Shown here piece after piece: positions 8,921 through 17,703 of a stretch of DNA of 43,905 nucleotides. The translations under genes were made by a program, and so were the position numbers. The notes under the pieces were generated by a model. That model did not search any database. It had not been told where the DNA came from and saw only the letters and a program-made list of their open reading frames with translations. Within the stretch, counting starts at the first letter, position 1. Each line of letters opens with the position of its first letter. The stretch is from Pseudomonadota bacterium (lineage in GTDB: Bacteria > Desulfobacterota > Syntrophia > Syntrophales > UBA5619): positions 1-43,905 of the forward strand of contig JAHIMW010000115.1 in assembly GCA_018896355.1 (NCBI GenBank). Reading direction: 5' to 3'.

Positions 8921-9904
8921 ATGCCGTCGAAAGTAAAAGGAATAGAGCTTTTTTCTGGAGGTCTGGACAGCATCCTGGCCTTCAAGGTGATCGCGGAACA
9001 GGGGATTGAAGTTTTGGGGATCACCTTTGAGACCCCCTTTTTCAGCGCCGCGAAGGCGCGTATGACCGCGGAGAGGATCGGTCTGCCGCTCGTCGTTCTC
9101 GACATCACGACAGAACACCTGCGGATGCTGCGGGCGCCCCGCTACGGCTATGGAAGGAACATGAACCCCTGCATCGACTGCCACACACTGATGCTCCAGG
9201 TTGCCGGGCGGCGTATGGACGCAGAAGGCGCCGATTTCGTTTTTACAGGGGAGGTTCTGGGGGAACGCCCCATGTCCCAGGGGAAACAATCCCTCTACAT
9301 TGTGGCAAAAAATGCCGGTTACCCGGACCGCATCCTCCGTCCCCTCAGCGCCAGACTCCTGCCGGAGACGGAACCGGAACGGTCCGGCAAAGTGGATCGC
9401 AGCAGCCTTTGCGATATCCAGGGGAGAGGCCGAAAACGGCAGATGGAGATGGCCGTCCATTACGGCATCACATCCTATCCCCCACCCGCCAGTGGCTGCC
9501 TTCTCACCGATCCCATCTTCTCCCGGCGTCTCCGCGACCTCTTTGATCATCATCGCGATCACGAAATCCGGGATATCGAGCTTCTGAAGGTTGGAAGGCA
9601 CTTTCGCCTCGATGAAAAAACGAAGGCAATCGTTGGCCGGAACGCCATGGACAATGAAACCATCGAGAGTCTGGCCAAGAGCGGTGATGCGCTGATCCGG
9701 ATCGATTCCTTTCCTGGACCGACCGTTCTTGTTCCCGGCGGCGGCGATGAAGGAACACGGCTCATGTCTGCCGGGATCTGCGCCCGTTACTGCGACGGTC
9801 CGCGCGACCGCGAGCTGGTCGCCGGTTGCCTCCGGGACGGGAGCGCGACATCGCTTACAGTCCTTGCCGCAATCCCGGAAGAGACCGAACGCCTGCTCAT
9901 CTAA
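8921..9904 (+). CDS. PP-loop ATPase, ThiI/MnmA-like tRNA sulfurtransferase family
   Basis: ATG at 8921, 10 nt after the LysM gene stop. PP-loop motif LFSGGLDS, then NPCIDCH, then FTGEVLGERPMSQ. The exact subfamily was not resolved. Confidence 0.65.
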   Translation: MPSKVKGIELFSGGLDSILAFKVIAEQGIEVLGITFETPFFSAAKARMTAERIGLPLVVLDITTEHLRMLRAPRYGYGRNMNPCIDCHTLMLQVAGRRMDAEGADFVFTGEVLGERPMSQGKQSLYIVAKNAGYPDRILRPLSARLLPETEPERSGKVDRSSLCDIQGRGRKRQMEMAVHYGITSYPPPASGCLLTDPIFSRRLRDLFDHHRDHEIRDIELLKVGRHFRLDEKTKAIVGRNAMDNETIESLAKSGDALIRIDSFPGPTVLVPGGGDEGTRLMSAGICARYCDGPRDRELVAGCLRDGSATSLTVLAAIPEETERLLI

Positions 9905-9916
9905 CAGGCTGTTGAA

Positions 9917-9937
9917 AAACGCCCGTCTGCGGCGTTT
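9917..9937 (+). terminator. Weak hairpin after the PP-loop gene, between convergent genes
   Basis: AAACGCC / GGCGTTT 7-bp stem with a 7-nt loop. Only three Ts follow, so this is a weak terminator at best. Confidence 0.3.
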
Positions 9938-10038
9938 CCCTCATCCTTCGCCGTCCAACGTACCAGCGAGTACGCCTCACGGCTCGGGATTTCGGGGGCC
10001 TTGCATCCGGACATTTTTGAACAGCCTGCTGAGGCGGT

Positions 10039-11589
10039 TCAGGAAGGCAGGTGCTGCGGCCGGAGGAGATCCGTGACGGTCTTGACCGGATTGAAGGTGG
10101 ATAGCGGAACATCAACGAAGACGGTGTTCCAAAAGGCCATCGACCCGTTCCATAGACCGGGCCGTTCCAGCGCGAGAAGCTCCCTCCCCTTCTCCGACTT
10201 CCGGGTGATCGCCACCGCCGCAGGATCGATAAACGCCGGGAGATCGAATTTCCGCCCTTGGAAATCCCGGACGCCGCAGACCAGATCAACGGGGTTGAAG
10301 TGCGTTGCGGACAACCAGACGGCATGCTGTTTCGGGTCGTTTCGGTCAATCTGCGACTCCTCGATGATCTGCAGAGAGGCCCCCCCCCTCCCATCCGCAT
10401 CCTCAACCCAGAAAGGACCGCCGCCCGGCTCCCCCTCGTTTTTCACCATCCCGCAGACCCTGAGAGGCCGGTTCAGTTTCCGGAAAAGAAACGACCGTCG
10501 CTCGGAAAGGGAAAGATCCCGGAAACCGGTCGGGAAGCCGATGTTTACCCTCTTTTCCGCAAAATCGCGGAACCGCTTCAATTCTTCCTCCGTACCGCCC
10601 CCCCCCGCGAGAAGTCGAACTGAGGCAAAGATCTCCTCCTGAAGCCGGATCAGATAGCCGGCCAGGAGTTTCTTCCAGAGGGATGTCCCCGTCTTGAGAC
10701 GATCCGGCACGGTATTGTCGATGTTCTTCAGGAAGATGATCTCTTCATCGAGGAGATTCAGGTTCCGGAGGAGCGAGCCGTGCCCTCCCGGTCGAAAGAC
10801 CGGTTTTCCCCGGTCATCGCGGAACGGCAGGTTCTCCGAATCGACGGCGATGGTGTCCGTCGCCGGCTCCTGCGTGGAAATGCCGACCTCAAAAACGGTA
10901 TCCAGCCGGGATTCGTAATCGCGGATCACTTGCGAAAGAAGCGTTTGGACGGTGCTTTCATGTTCTCGGTAAACAGTAAAATGGACGCGGGAGACGTTTT
11001 TTGCATCGCGGGCGTAGAGGGCCGCCTCGACGAGATGCTCTTCGAGGGCGGTCCGACTCCCTTCCGGATAGTCATGGAATTTCAGAAGCGCTTTGGGCAG
11101 GCATCCGTAATTCAGCCCCTCCTCCATCAGGACGGATTTCAGGATGGCCACATCTTCCGCTTTCCCGATCAGGGACTCCAGATCCTCTCCTGCTGCGGCG
11201 ACGGCCGCCCGCAGATCGGGGAAAAAGGCATAGCGTTTCAGGTCGCCGGAAAAGGCCTTGCGCGCTGCCCCGTCGGCGAAACCGCCAGCGGCGAGGCAGC
11301 GATACCACTCCCGGAACATCCGGCTCGCCGCCCCGGAGGCGGGGACGAATTTCATGAGCCGGTGCCTCCGGCGGGCCTCCTCGTAGGCCGCAAACAGCGA
11401 TGGGCGCTCCGACTCGGGGATGACGACGATCCCGTCGCCCGCAACGCACGGGCGGTTCAGACGGACCGACGGGACCCCCCGCCGGAAGAGCGCAAGCTGC
11501 CTGCCGACCTCTTCCTCTGTGAGCCCCTGTGCGGCGATGCATTGCCTGTCCCCCTCGGACCACCTCTCCCCGGCACCGTTTTCCGTCAT
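10039..11589 (-). CDS. DUF4301-family protein (516 aa)
   Basis: ATG at 11589 is preceded by AAGGAG. The longer ORF-track start at 11826 overlaps the upstream gene. The N-terminus LTEEEVGRQLALFRRGVPSVRLNRPCVAGDGI and the length match my memory of DUF4301. Motifs FVPASGAASRMF and FRPGGHGSLL resemble UDP-sugar pyrophosphorylase signatures. Confidence 0.7.
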   Translation of the reverse strand: MTENGAGERWSEGDRQCIAAQGLTEEEVGRQLALFRRGVPSVRLNRPCVAGDGIVVIPESERPSLFAAYEEARRRHRLMKFVPASGAASRMFREWYRCLAAGGFADGAARKAFSGDLKRYAFFPDLRAAVAAAGEDLESLIGKAEDVAILKSVLMEEGLNYGCLPKALLKFHDYPEGSRTALEEHLVEAALYARDAKNVSRVHFTVYREHESTVQTLLSQVIRDYESRLDTVFEVGISTQEPATDTIAVDSENLPFRDDRGKPVFRPGGHGSLLRNLNLLDEEIIFLKNIDNTVPDRLKTGTSLWKKLLAGYLIRLQEEIFASVRLLAGGGGTEEELKRFRDFAEKRVNIGFPTGFRDLSLSERRSFLFRKLNRPLRVCGMVKNEGEPGGGPFWVEDADGRGGASLQIIEESQIDRNDPKQHAVWLSATHFNPVDLVCGVRDFQGRKFDLPAFIDPAAVAITRKSEKGRELLALERPGLWNGSMAFWNTVFVDVPLSTFNPVKTVTDLLRPQHLPS

Positions 11590-11602
11590 TTCTTCATCTC
11601 CT

Positions 11603-11896
11603 TTAGACGGCCAACTCCTCCATCGGCAGCAGAAAGCTCCGGACACCGGCGCGCGGATGTTCCCGTTTGAGTTCACGGAGCCTCGCGTCAAGATGGGCGA
11701 TCGCGTCATCGGCCACGGCCATGAAAAGGACATTGTTCCTGCCGGGCCAGAAGTGAGTACCCAGCTTCGGCTCCGTTTCCGTCCCCTCCCCCTGTGCCTC
11801 CACCATCTTCGTGTATCCCCGGACACCGGCTTCCTTCAGGGCGGCAATCACCTCTTCATCGGCCGCCTCGCAGTAGATGATCAGAAACATTTTCAT
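11603..11896 (-). CDS. Small P-II-fold-like protein of the type found next to RND pumps
   Basis: 97 aa: MKMFLIIYCEAADEEVIAALKEAGVRGYTKMVEAQGEGTE...HFWPGRNNVLFMAV. SD is GGGAGG. It lies directly downstream of the RND gene. It resembles the family I recall as PG0541-type transporter-associated proteins. That assignment is from memory, not a search. Confidence 0.55.
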   Translation of the reverse strand: MKMFLIIYCEAADEEVIAALKEAGVRGYTKMVEAQGEGTETEPKLGTHFWPGRNNVLFMAVADDAIAHLDARLRELKREHPRAGVRSFLLPMEELAV

Positions 11897-11994
11897 GGTT
11901 GTCCACCTCCCGATTCACCACTGAAGAACGTGACGCGTCAACAGTGTTAACGGAAAAGAGTGTTTCGCCTCTCGCTTCACACCTCACACCTCAC
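11897..11994 (-). repeat. Degenerate heptanucleotide-repeat element (GTGAGGN)n with an inverted distal arm
   Basis: The minus strand reads GTGAGGT GTGAGGT GTGAAGC GAGAGGC GAAACAC, followed by ACNNNNN-phased units. The junction GAAACAC resembles GAAAGAC in the nuoL-nuoM element. The first unit contains the last codons and the TGA stop of the RND gene. Confidence 0.5.
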
Positions 11995-14900
11995 GATGTT
12001 TACGCTTGTCGCGGCGCCTCTTGAAGATATCCTGCCAGTCGTCGAAGAGATCGTAGGCCGCCGGGACGACGACGAGCGTCAGGAAAAGCGAGGTCAGGAG
12101 TCCGCCGATCACCGCGATCCCCATCGGAGAACGTGTTTCCGATCCCTCTCCGACGCCGAACGCAACCGGCAGCATCCCGAAAATCATCGCGACGGTGGTC
12201 ATCAGGATCGGCCGGAGCCGGACCGGTCCGGCCTGGAGGATCGCCTCCCGCCGGGAAACGCCTCTACCCCGGAGGACATTCGCATAGTCGACGAGCAGAA
12301 TCGCATTTTTCTTCACAAGCCCCATCAGCAGAATAAGACCGATGAAGCTGAAGATATTCAGCGTATTTCCGGTGATCAACAGCGCGCCGAACGCGCCGAT
12401 GAATGAGAGCGGCATCGCCAGAAGAACCGTGAAGGGGTGAACGAAACTCTCGAATTGGGCGGCCAGGACCATGTAGGCCATGATGACCCCGAGGATCAGC
12501 GCGAACATCAGGTACTGAAAGGATTCGCCCATCGTTTCCGCCGTCCCCTTGTACTTGGGAAGATAGTCGGCGGGCAGGATTCGGCCGGCGATCGCGTTCA
12601 GCTCCTCGACCGCCTGCCCCAGGGGTTTCCCTTCGAGGCTGGCGAACAGCGAGATCGACCGCTGCCGGTCGACCCGGTTGATGACGCTCGGCCCGCCCCC
12701 CTCCTGGATGCGGACGAGGTTTCGGAGCTCCACGAGCCGGCCGTCCCGCGACCGGACATAGAGCCTGCTCAGATCGTCGGGATTGGTCCGTTCCTCCGGG
12801 TTCAGGCGGATTCGGAGATCGTACCGCTTTCCCCGGCTCTCGTCCTTGTATTTGGTCACCTCGGTCTCTCCGCTGATCAGCAGGTTGACAGCCTCGGCGA
12901 TCGCGGCCACATCCACGCCGAGATCGGCTGCCTTGTCCCGGTCGATAAAGACCTTGAGTTCCGGCTTTCCCATCTCCAGCGAGGTGTCCACATCGACGAT
13001 TCCCGGCAGTTTTGAAAACTCGCCGGCGATCTGCCGGGTATAGGTCTGGAGCGCATCCAGATCGCGCCCCCGGACGCTGAACTGGATCGGCACCTGCCGC
13101 TGCCCGCCGCCGATCAGGGAGAGATCCTCGGCGGATACCTTGAGCCCCGGAATTTTTCTGAGTTTATTCCGGATCTCCTTCTTGAGCTGCTCCTGGCTCT
13201 TCTTACGTTCGGCCTTCGGAACGAGGCGCGTCATCATCATCCCCCGGTTGACGGCGCCCCCGCGGCCAAGGCGATAGTAGACCGCGCTGACCTCCGGCGT
13301 CTCCCTGACGATCTTTTCGGCAGGCTTGAAAAGCTCGTCCGACTTTTCCAGGGAATAGTCGATCGGCGCCTCCAGGCGGACAAGGAACTGTCCCTGGTCC
13401 TCCGGGGGAATGAACTCCTTGCCGATGAACGTCGTCATGTAGAGACTTCCGGCAAATATAAGGAGCGCCCCGATCAGCATGGCGCCGCGGTGGCGGAGCG
13501 AAAAGGCCAGCAGCGGCCGGTAGCCGGCCTCAATCTGCTTGTATCCCCGCTCAAACCGGTCCGCAAAACGTCCCCTCGGCTTGACTTGGACAGCGGCGTC
13601 CGTCCCGGGATTGCCGTGCCGGGGGGGTATCCGCTTCAGGAAGATCGAGGCCAGCATCGGCGTCAGCGTGAAGGAGACGAGGAGTGAAACGAGGACCGAA
13701 AAGACGACGGTCAGCGCAAACTGGAGGAAGAAGCGGCCGATGATCCCCTTCATGAAGGCGACGGGGAGAAAGATCGCGACAATCGCGAAGGTCGTCGCCA
13801 TGACCGCCAGACCGATCTCCGAGGTGGCGAAGGTCGACGCCTCCCGCGGCGCCATCCCCTCTTCCACGTGGCGGTAGATGTTCTCGATCACGATAATCGC
13901 GTCGTCGATGAGCAGCCCCACCGAAAGGGTCAGCGCGAGCATCGTCATGTTGTTGAAGGTAAAGCCGAAGGCGCGGATCAGCGCGAAGGTGGCGATGATC
14001 GACACCGGCAGCGCGACCGCGCTGATCAACGTCGTCCGGAAGTTTCGGAGGAAGAGGAATACGGCCAGAACCGCGAAGAAGCTCCCGAGGAGCAGATGCT
14101 TCTGCACCTCATCGATCGAGCGCTGGATGAATACGGACTGATCCATAGCGATGTTCAGGCTGATCCCGGGCGGAAGGGTCTTTCTGATCTTCTCGATCTC
14201 CGCCTTGACGCGGTTGGCGACCTGGACGGTATTGGTCCCGGACTGCTTCTGCACCCCCATCGCGATCGCCGGGACGCCGTTGTAGCGGACCAGGGTGCGT
14301 TTCTCCTCCATCCCGTCTTCGGCCTTGCCGATATCCTTAAGACGAACGGGAGCGCCCTTGTCGTAGGCGACCACCATGTCGTTGATCTCTGAAATATTGG
14401 CGAATTCCCCCTTGACCATCACCGTGTATTCCTTCGAGAGGCTCTCGATCCGGCCGCCCGGCAGCTCGACGTTCTGCCGCATCAGGGCAGTCATCACATC
14501 CGTCGCCGCGACCCCATAGGCCCGGAGCTTGTCGGCGTCGAGCCAGACGCGGATCTGCCGCAGGCGGAGCCCCCACAACTGGACGTCGCCGACGCCGTTG
14601 ATCCGCTGCAATTGCTCCTTGAGGACCTCATCGACGTAGGTGGAGAGCTCTTTGACCGATTTTTGTCCCGAAAGATTCATCCAGAGCACCGCCGTCGCAT
14701 CGGGATCGACTTTGGCGATCCTCGGTTCTTCGATGTCAGCGGGCAGTTTGTTGCGGATCAGGGCGACCTTCTCCCTCACATCCTGGGCGGCCAGATCGAT
14801 GTTCCGATCGAGGACGAACTCGATCGTCACCCGGGAATCCCCTGACGTACTGCTCGACGTGATGCTCTTGACGCCGTTGATCGTGTTGACCGCCCCTTCG

Positions 14901-15100
14901 ATCCTGTCTGTAACGTCAACGTCGATGACCTCGGGGCTCGCCCCGTTCAGGTGTGTGGAAACCGTCACAATCGGGAAATCGACCTTCGGAAAGAGGTCCA
15001 CACCGATCTTCGGATAACTGACCACACCGAGGACCACCAGGCCCATGATGGCCATGGTGGCGAAAACCGGTCTCTTGACCGAGGTATCAGCGAGCCACAT
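11984..15100 (-). CDS. RND efflux transporter permease (AcrB/HAE1-like)
   Basis: 1038 aa with a typical 12-TM / two-large-loop layout. The N-terminus is RPVFATMAIMGLVVLGVVSYPKIGVDLFP. It overlaps the MFP gene by 14 nt. Confidence 0.95.
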   Translation of the reverse strand: MWLADTSVKRPVFATMAIMGLVVLGVVSYPKIGVDLFPKVDFPIVTVSTHLNGASPEVIDVDVTDRIEGAVNTINGVKSITSSSTSGDSRVTIEFVLDRNIDLAAQDVREKVALIRNKLPADIEEPRIAKVDPDATAVLWMNLSGQKSVKELSTYVDEVLKEQLQRINGVGDVQLWGLRLRQIRVWLDADKLRAYGVAATDVMTALMRQNVELPGGRIESLSKEYTVMVKGEFANISEINDMVVAYDKGAPVRLKDIGKAEDGMEEKRTLVRYNGVPAIAMGVQKQSGTNTVQVANRVKAEIEKIRKTLPPGISLNIAMDQSVFIQRSIDEVQKHLLLGSFFAVLAVFLFLRNFRTTLISAVALPVSIIATFALIRAFGFTFNNMTMLALTLSVGLLIDDAIIVIENIYRHVEEGMAPREASTFATSEIGLAVMATTFAIVAIFLPVAFMKGIIGRFFLQFALTVVFSVLVSLLVSFTLTPMLASIFLKRIPPRHGNPGTDAAVQVKPRGRFADRFERGYKQIEAGYRPLLAFSLRHRGAMLIGALLIFAGSLYMTTFIGKEFIPPEDQGQFLVRLEAPIDYSLEKSDELFKPAEKIVRETPEVSAVYYRLGRGGAVNRGMMMTRLVPKAERKKSQEQLKKEIRNKLRKIPGLKVSAEDLSLIGGGQRQVPIQFSVRGRDLDALQTYTRQIAGEFSKLPGIVDVDTSLEMGKPELKVFIDRDKAADLGVDVAAIAEAVNLLISGETEVTKYKDESRGKRYDLRIRLNPEERTNPDDLSRLYVRSRDGRLVELRNLVRIQEGGGPSVINRVDRQRSISLFASLEGKPLGQAVEELNAIAGRILPADYLPKYKGTAETMGESFQYLMFALILGVIMAYMVLAAQFESFVHPFTVLLAMPLSFIGAFGALLITGNTLNIFSFIGLILLMGLVKKNAILLVDYANVLRGRGVSRREAILQAGPVRLRPILMTTVAMIFGMLPVAFGVGEGSETRSPMGIAVIGGLLTSLFLTLVVVPAAYDLFDDWQDIFKRRRDKRKHREV

Positions 15101-16217
15101 TGACCTGCACCCCTTCCATCAAATTGTTCTGCCCCACGGTCACGACGAGCTCCTTTGCCTTCAATCCTTCGGCGATCTCCATGAATTCACCGTATTTGCG
15201 GCCGACCTTCACCACCTTTTCCTTCGCCCGGTCACCCTCAACGGTGAAGAGTTTGGTGGTTGAATTGTCGTAAAGAAGGGCGGTAATCGGTACGACGACC
15301 CTGTTTTTTGCCGGCCCGGTGTAGAGCGTCACGCGGGCGAAAAACCCCGGCTTCAGGCTTCCATCATGATTCGAAACTTGCGCCTCCACCAGAAGGGAGC
15401 GTGTTTTCTCCTCGATGCTGGGATAGAGCGTCTTCACCTTTCCTCGAAATTCACGCCCGGGGTATGAATCCACGGTAAATACGACATCCTGCCCCTCCCG
15501 GAGGCGCCCCACATCCTTCTCTGGAACGCTGAAGGCAAGCTTCAGTTGATCGATCCGGATGATCGAGATCAGATTGGTTCCGTTCCGGATGTAGTCCCCC
15601 GCCGTCACTCTCTTCTCTTTAACGACACCCGCCATCGGGGCAGATATCTTGGTCCTGGTCAACTTCTCCCGCGTCAGCGCGAGGCCGCCTTTCGCCCGTT
15701 CCATGTCACCCTGGGCCAGGGCCAGTCGTGCCGCAATGTCATCGAACTGCTGCTTTGTGACAAGCTCCTCCCGGTAGAGGGCCTCCTTGCGCCGATGCTC
15801 CTGGCCCGCGTTCGCCAGACTTGCCTCCGCCTGTTTGAGGGCGGCCTCGGCCCGCTCCGCGTCGAGGCGGTAATCGGTCTCCTTGATCTCGGCGATGAGC
15901 TGGCCGTGTGAAACGGGAGATCCCTCGTCCACACGGATCGATTGGAGGATTCCGTCCACCTCCGAACTGACGATGACCTCCTCATAGGGCTTGAGGGTTC
16001 CGACGGACTCCACGAAAGGCCGGAGGGAGCGGCTCTCCGCCGTCCAGACGCGGACGTTGACGGCGCGATCCTTCACCGCCTTCTGTTCCGGTTTCTTGCA
16101 TCCGACGTTTGCGAAAAGCGCTGCGCACAGCAGAATGGCCGAGATGAGAGCGCCGGCTCTGAATCGGCGCCGATTCGATCCGTTTTCCCCCGTTAAAGAT
16201 GATGCTCTTCCGAACAT
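15087..16217 (-). CDS. RND efflux periplasmic adaptor (MFP/HlyD family), lipoprotein
   Basis: 376 aa. Lipobox-like FANVGC, then coiled-coil hairpin and beta-barrel regions typical of AcrA-like adaptors. SD is GGAAGGAGAG. Confidence 0.9.
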   Translation of the reverse strand: MFGRASSLTGENGSNRRRFRAGALISAILLCAALFANVGCKKPEQKAVKDRAVNVRVWTAESRSLRPFVESVGTLKPYEEVIVSSEVDGILQSIRVDEGSPVSHGQLIAEIKETDYRLDAERAEAALKQAEASLANAGQEHRRKEALYREELVTKQQFDDIAARLALAQGDMERAKGGLALTREKLTRTKISAPMAGVVKEKRVTAGDYIRNGTNLISIIRIDQLKLAFSVPEKDVGRLREGQDVVFTVDSYPGREFRGKVKTLYPSIEEKTRSLLVEAQVSNHDGSLKPGFFARVTLYTGPAKNRVVVPITALLYDNSTTKLFTVEGDRAKEKVVKVGRKYGEFMEIAEGLKAKELVVTVGQNNLMEGVQVNVAR

Positions 16218-16247
16218 GAAACCCTCTCCTTCCTGACAACAAAATAG

Positions 16248-17561
16248 CTATGGTTTTACGGCCAGGGACGCAAGCAGCGTACCCGTGGCTTTTTTCATCC
16301 GGAGCAGCGACAGTTGATAATTGTAAATCGCCGACGCCACCTTTCGCTCGGCCGACACGAGCAGCGTGTTGGCATCCATCACATCGAGGCTGTTCGCAAG
16401 GCCGAAATTGAACTGCCTTTCCACGGCGCGGTAATTGTCACGGGCAAAGAGAAGCTGATCGTTGAGGAACCGAAGGATTCCCTTCTGCGTAACCACATCC
16501 AGGTAGACGCTCCGGACCTCGATGTCGATCCCCTTCTTCATCTCCTCGACCTGAAGCGCCGCCTGTCTCTCCCGGGACTTCGCCTCCGATACGTCCGCCT
16601 TCCGGAGTCCCCCGTCGAAGAACGGAAAGTTCAGCGCAACCCCTGCGTAGATGCTCTCCCGGTTCAGATTCGACGCGGCCGGAGACTGATCGGTCCCGGC
16701 ATATACGCCGAAGAGGGAGAGGCTGGGCCAGGAGGCCCCTTCGGCAATGCGGATCTGGTCGGCGGCGATCTGTTTCTGGACATCCAGGCTCTTGAGGTCG
16801 GCCCGCGCGGCAAAGGCCTGTTGCTGGAAGAGGGGCAGATCCTTGATCTCCTCTTCCGCCGCGTGAACTTCACTGAGTGTGTAGGGGACTCTGATCCCGG
16901 CATTGCTCGCCAGAACGGCCAGCGCCAGTTCAAGGCCGTTTTGCGCTTGAAGGCTCTCCGACTTCGCCCCGGAAAGTTCCCCCTCGGCGCGCAGAAGCGC
17001 GGTCTTCGTCACTTCGCCGATCTTCAGCCGCTGTTCGGCGGCGTCGCGGTGCTTCTGCAGCCGCTGCAGATTCGCGTCGGCGATATCCAGGTTTTTTCGC
17101 GCCATCAGACAGTTGTAATAGGCCACGGCCACGTACCGAAGGAGGTAATCCTCGCGGACCGCCGTCAGGTCATGCCGGCTCTTCGTCACGTTCTGCCGGG
17201 AGATTCCGAGCGCCGTCAGCTCCCGGCCGCCCAGGGAAACGGTCTCTTCGGCCCGAATCCCCCAGGTGTAGGCCAACTCCGGCTGCAGGACACCCCCCGT
17301 TGCGGTAAACTTCTTTTCCGAATACTGGGTGTAACCGCCCGTCGCCGTCAGGCGGGGCAGCAAATAGGAGAAAGCCTTATCCTTGCCCGTCTCGGCAATG
17401 GCAAGGTTTTCCTCCGCCATCTTGAGCTTTTCAGAACGGGCCAGCGCGATCCGGAAGAGATCGTCCAGAGAGTACTCCTCCGCAAAAAGGGAGGCCGGCG
17501 TCGCCAAGCAGAGAGAAAACGCGAAGACGCCGGCCGCCAGTAAAAATAACACCTTTTTCAT
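16248..17561 (-). CDS. TolC-family outer membrane efflux protein (second of two)
   Basis: Start taken at MKKVLFLLAAGVFAFSLCLA, with AGGAG 7 nt upstream. The protein has the two-repeat OEP architecture. Confidence 0.85.
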   Translation of the reverse strand: MKKVLFLLAAGVFAFSLCLATPASLFAEEYSLDDLFRIALARSEKLKMAEENLAIAETGKDKAFSYLLPRLTATGGYTQYSEKKFTATGGVLQPELAYTWGIRAEETVSLGGRELTALGISRQNVTKSRHDLTAVREDYLLRYVAVAYYNCLMARKNLDIADANLQRLQKHRDAAEQRLKIGEVTKTALLRAEGELSGAKSESLQAQNGLELALAVLASNAGIRVPYTLSEVHAAEEEIKDLPLFQQQAFAARADLKSLDVQKQIAADQIRIAEGASWPSLSLFGVYAGTDQSPAASNLNRESIYAGVALNFPFFDGGLRKADVSEAKSRERQAALQVEEMKKGIDIEVRSVYLDVVTQKGILRFLNDQLLFARDNYRAVERQFNFGLANSLDVMDANTLLVSAERKVASAIYNYQLSLLRMKKATGTLLASLAVKP

Positions 17562-17592
17562 GATCACTCCTCGTCCCACTAAACGGAATCAT

Positions 17593-17614
17593 GCCGGCAA
17601 ATTTCTTTGCCGGC
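17593..17614 (-). other. Perfect 9-bp hairpin between the two TolC genes
   Basis: GCCGGCAAA-TTTC-TTTGCCGGC. No T-run follows on the coding strand, so it may be an mRNA-stabilising or attenuating structure rather than a terminator. Confidence 0.4.
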
Positions 17615-17703
17615 CGTTCACATTGCCGCCCGTCCCGCTGTCACCCCGTGATGATCGTTGGCCTTGGGCCTTCGTCAAACGGACCTTCTCTTGGGCGATG
17701 CCC

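Noticed and set aside
10039-11826. Full 595-aa version of the DUF4301 ORF
   Set aside because: The first 79 codons overlap the P-II-like gene and have junk composition. An ATG with AAGGAG at 11589 gives the expected length of about 516 aa.
16314-17543. 409-aa plus-strand ORF opposite the second TolC gene; similar antisense ORFs at 21819..23549 (576 aa), 23650..25143 (497 aa), 32102..32788, 33870..34718 and 35168..36313
   Set aside because: All lie antisense to genes with strong family signatures. They lack SD sequences and translate to Arg/Gly/Pro-rich low-complexity sequence.
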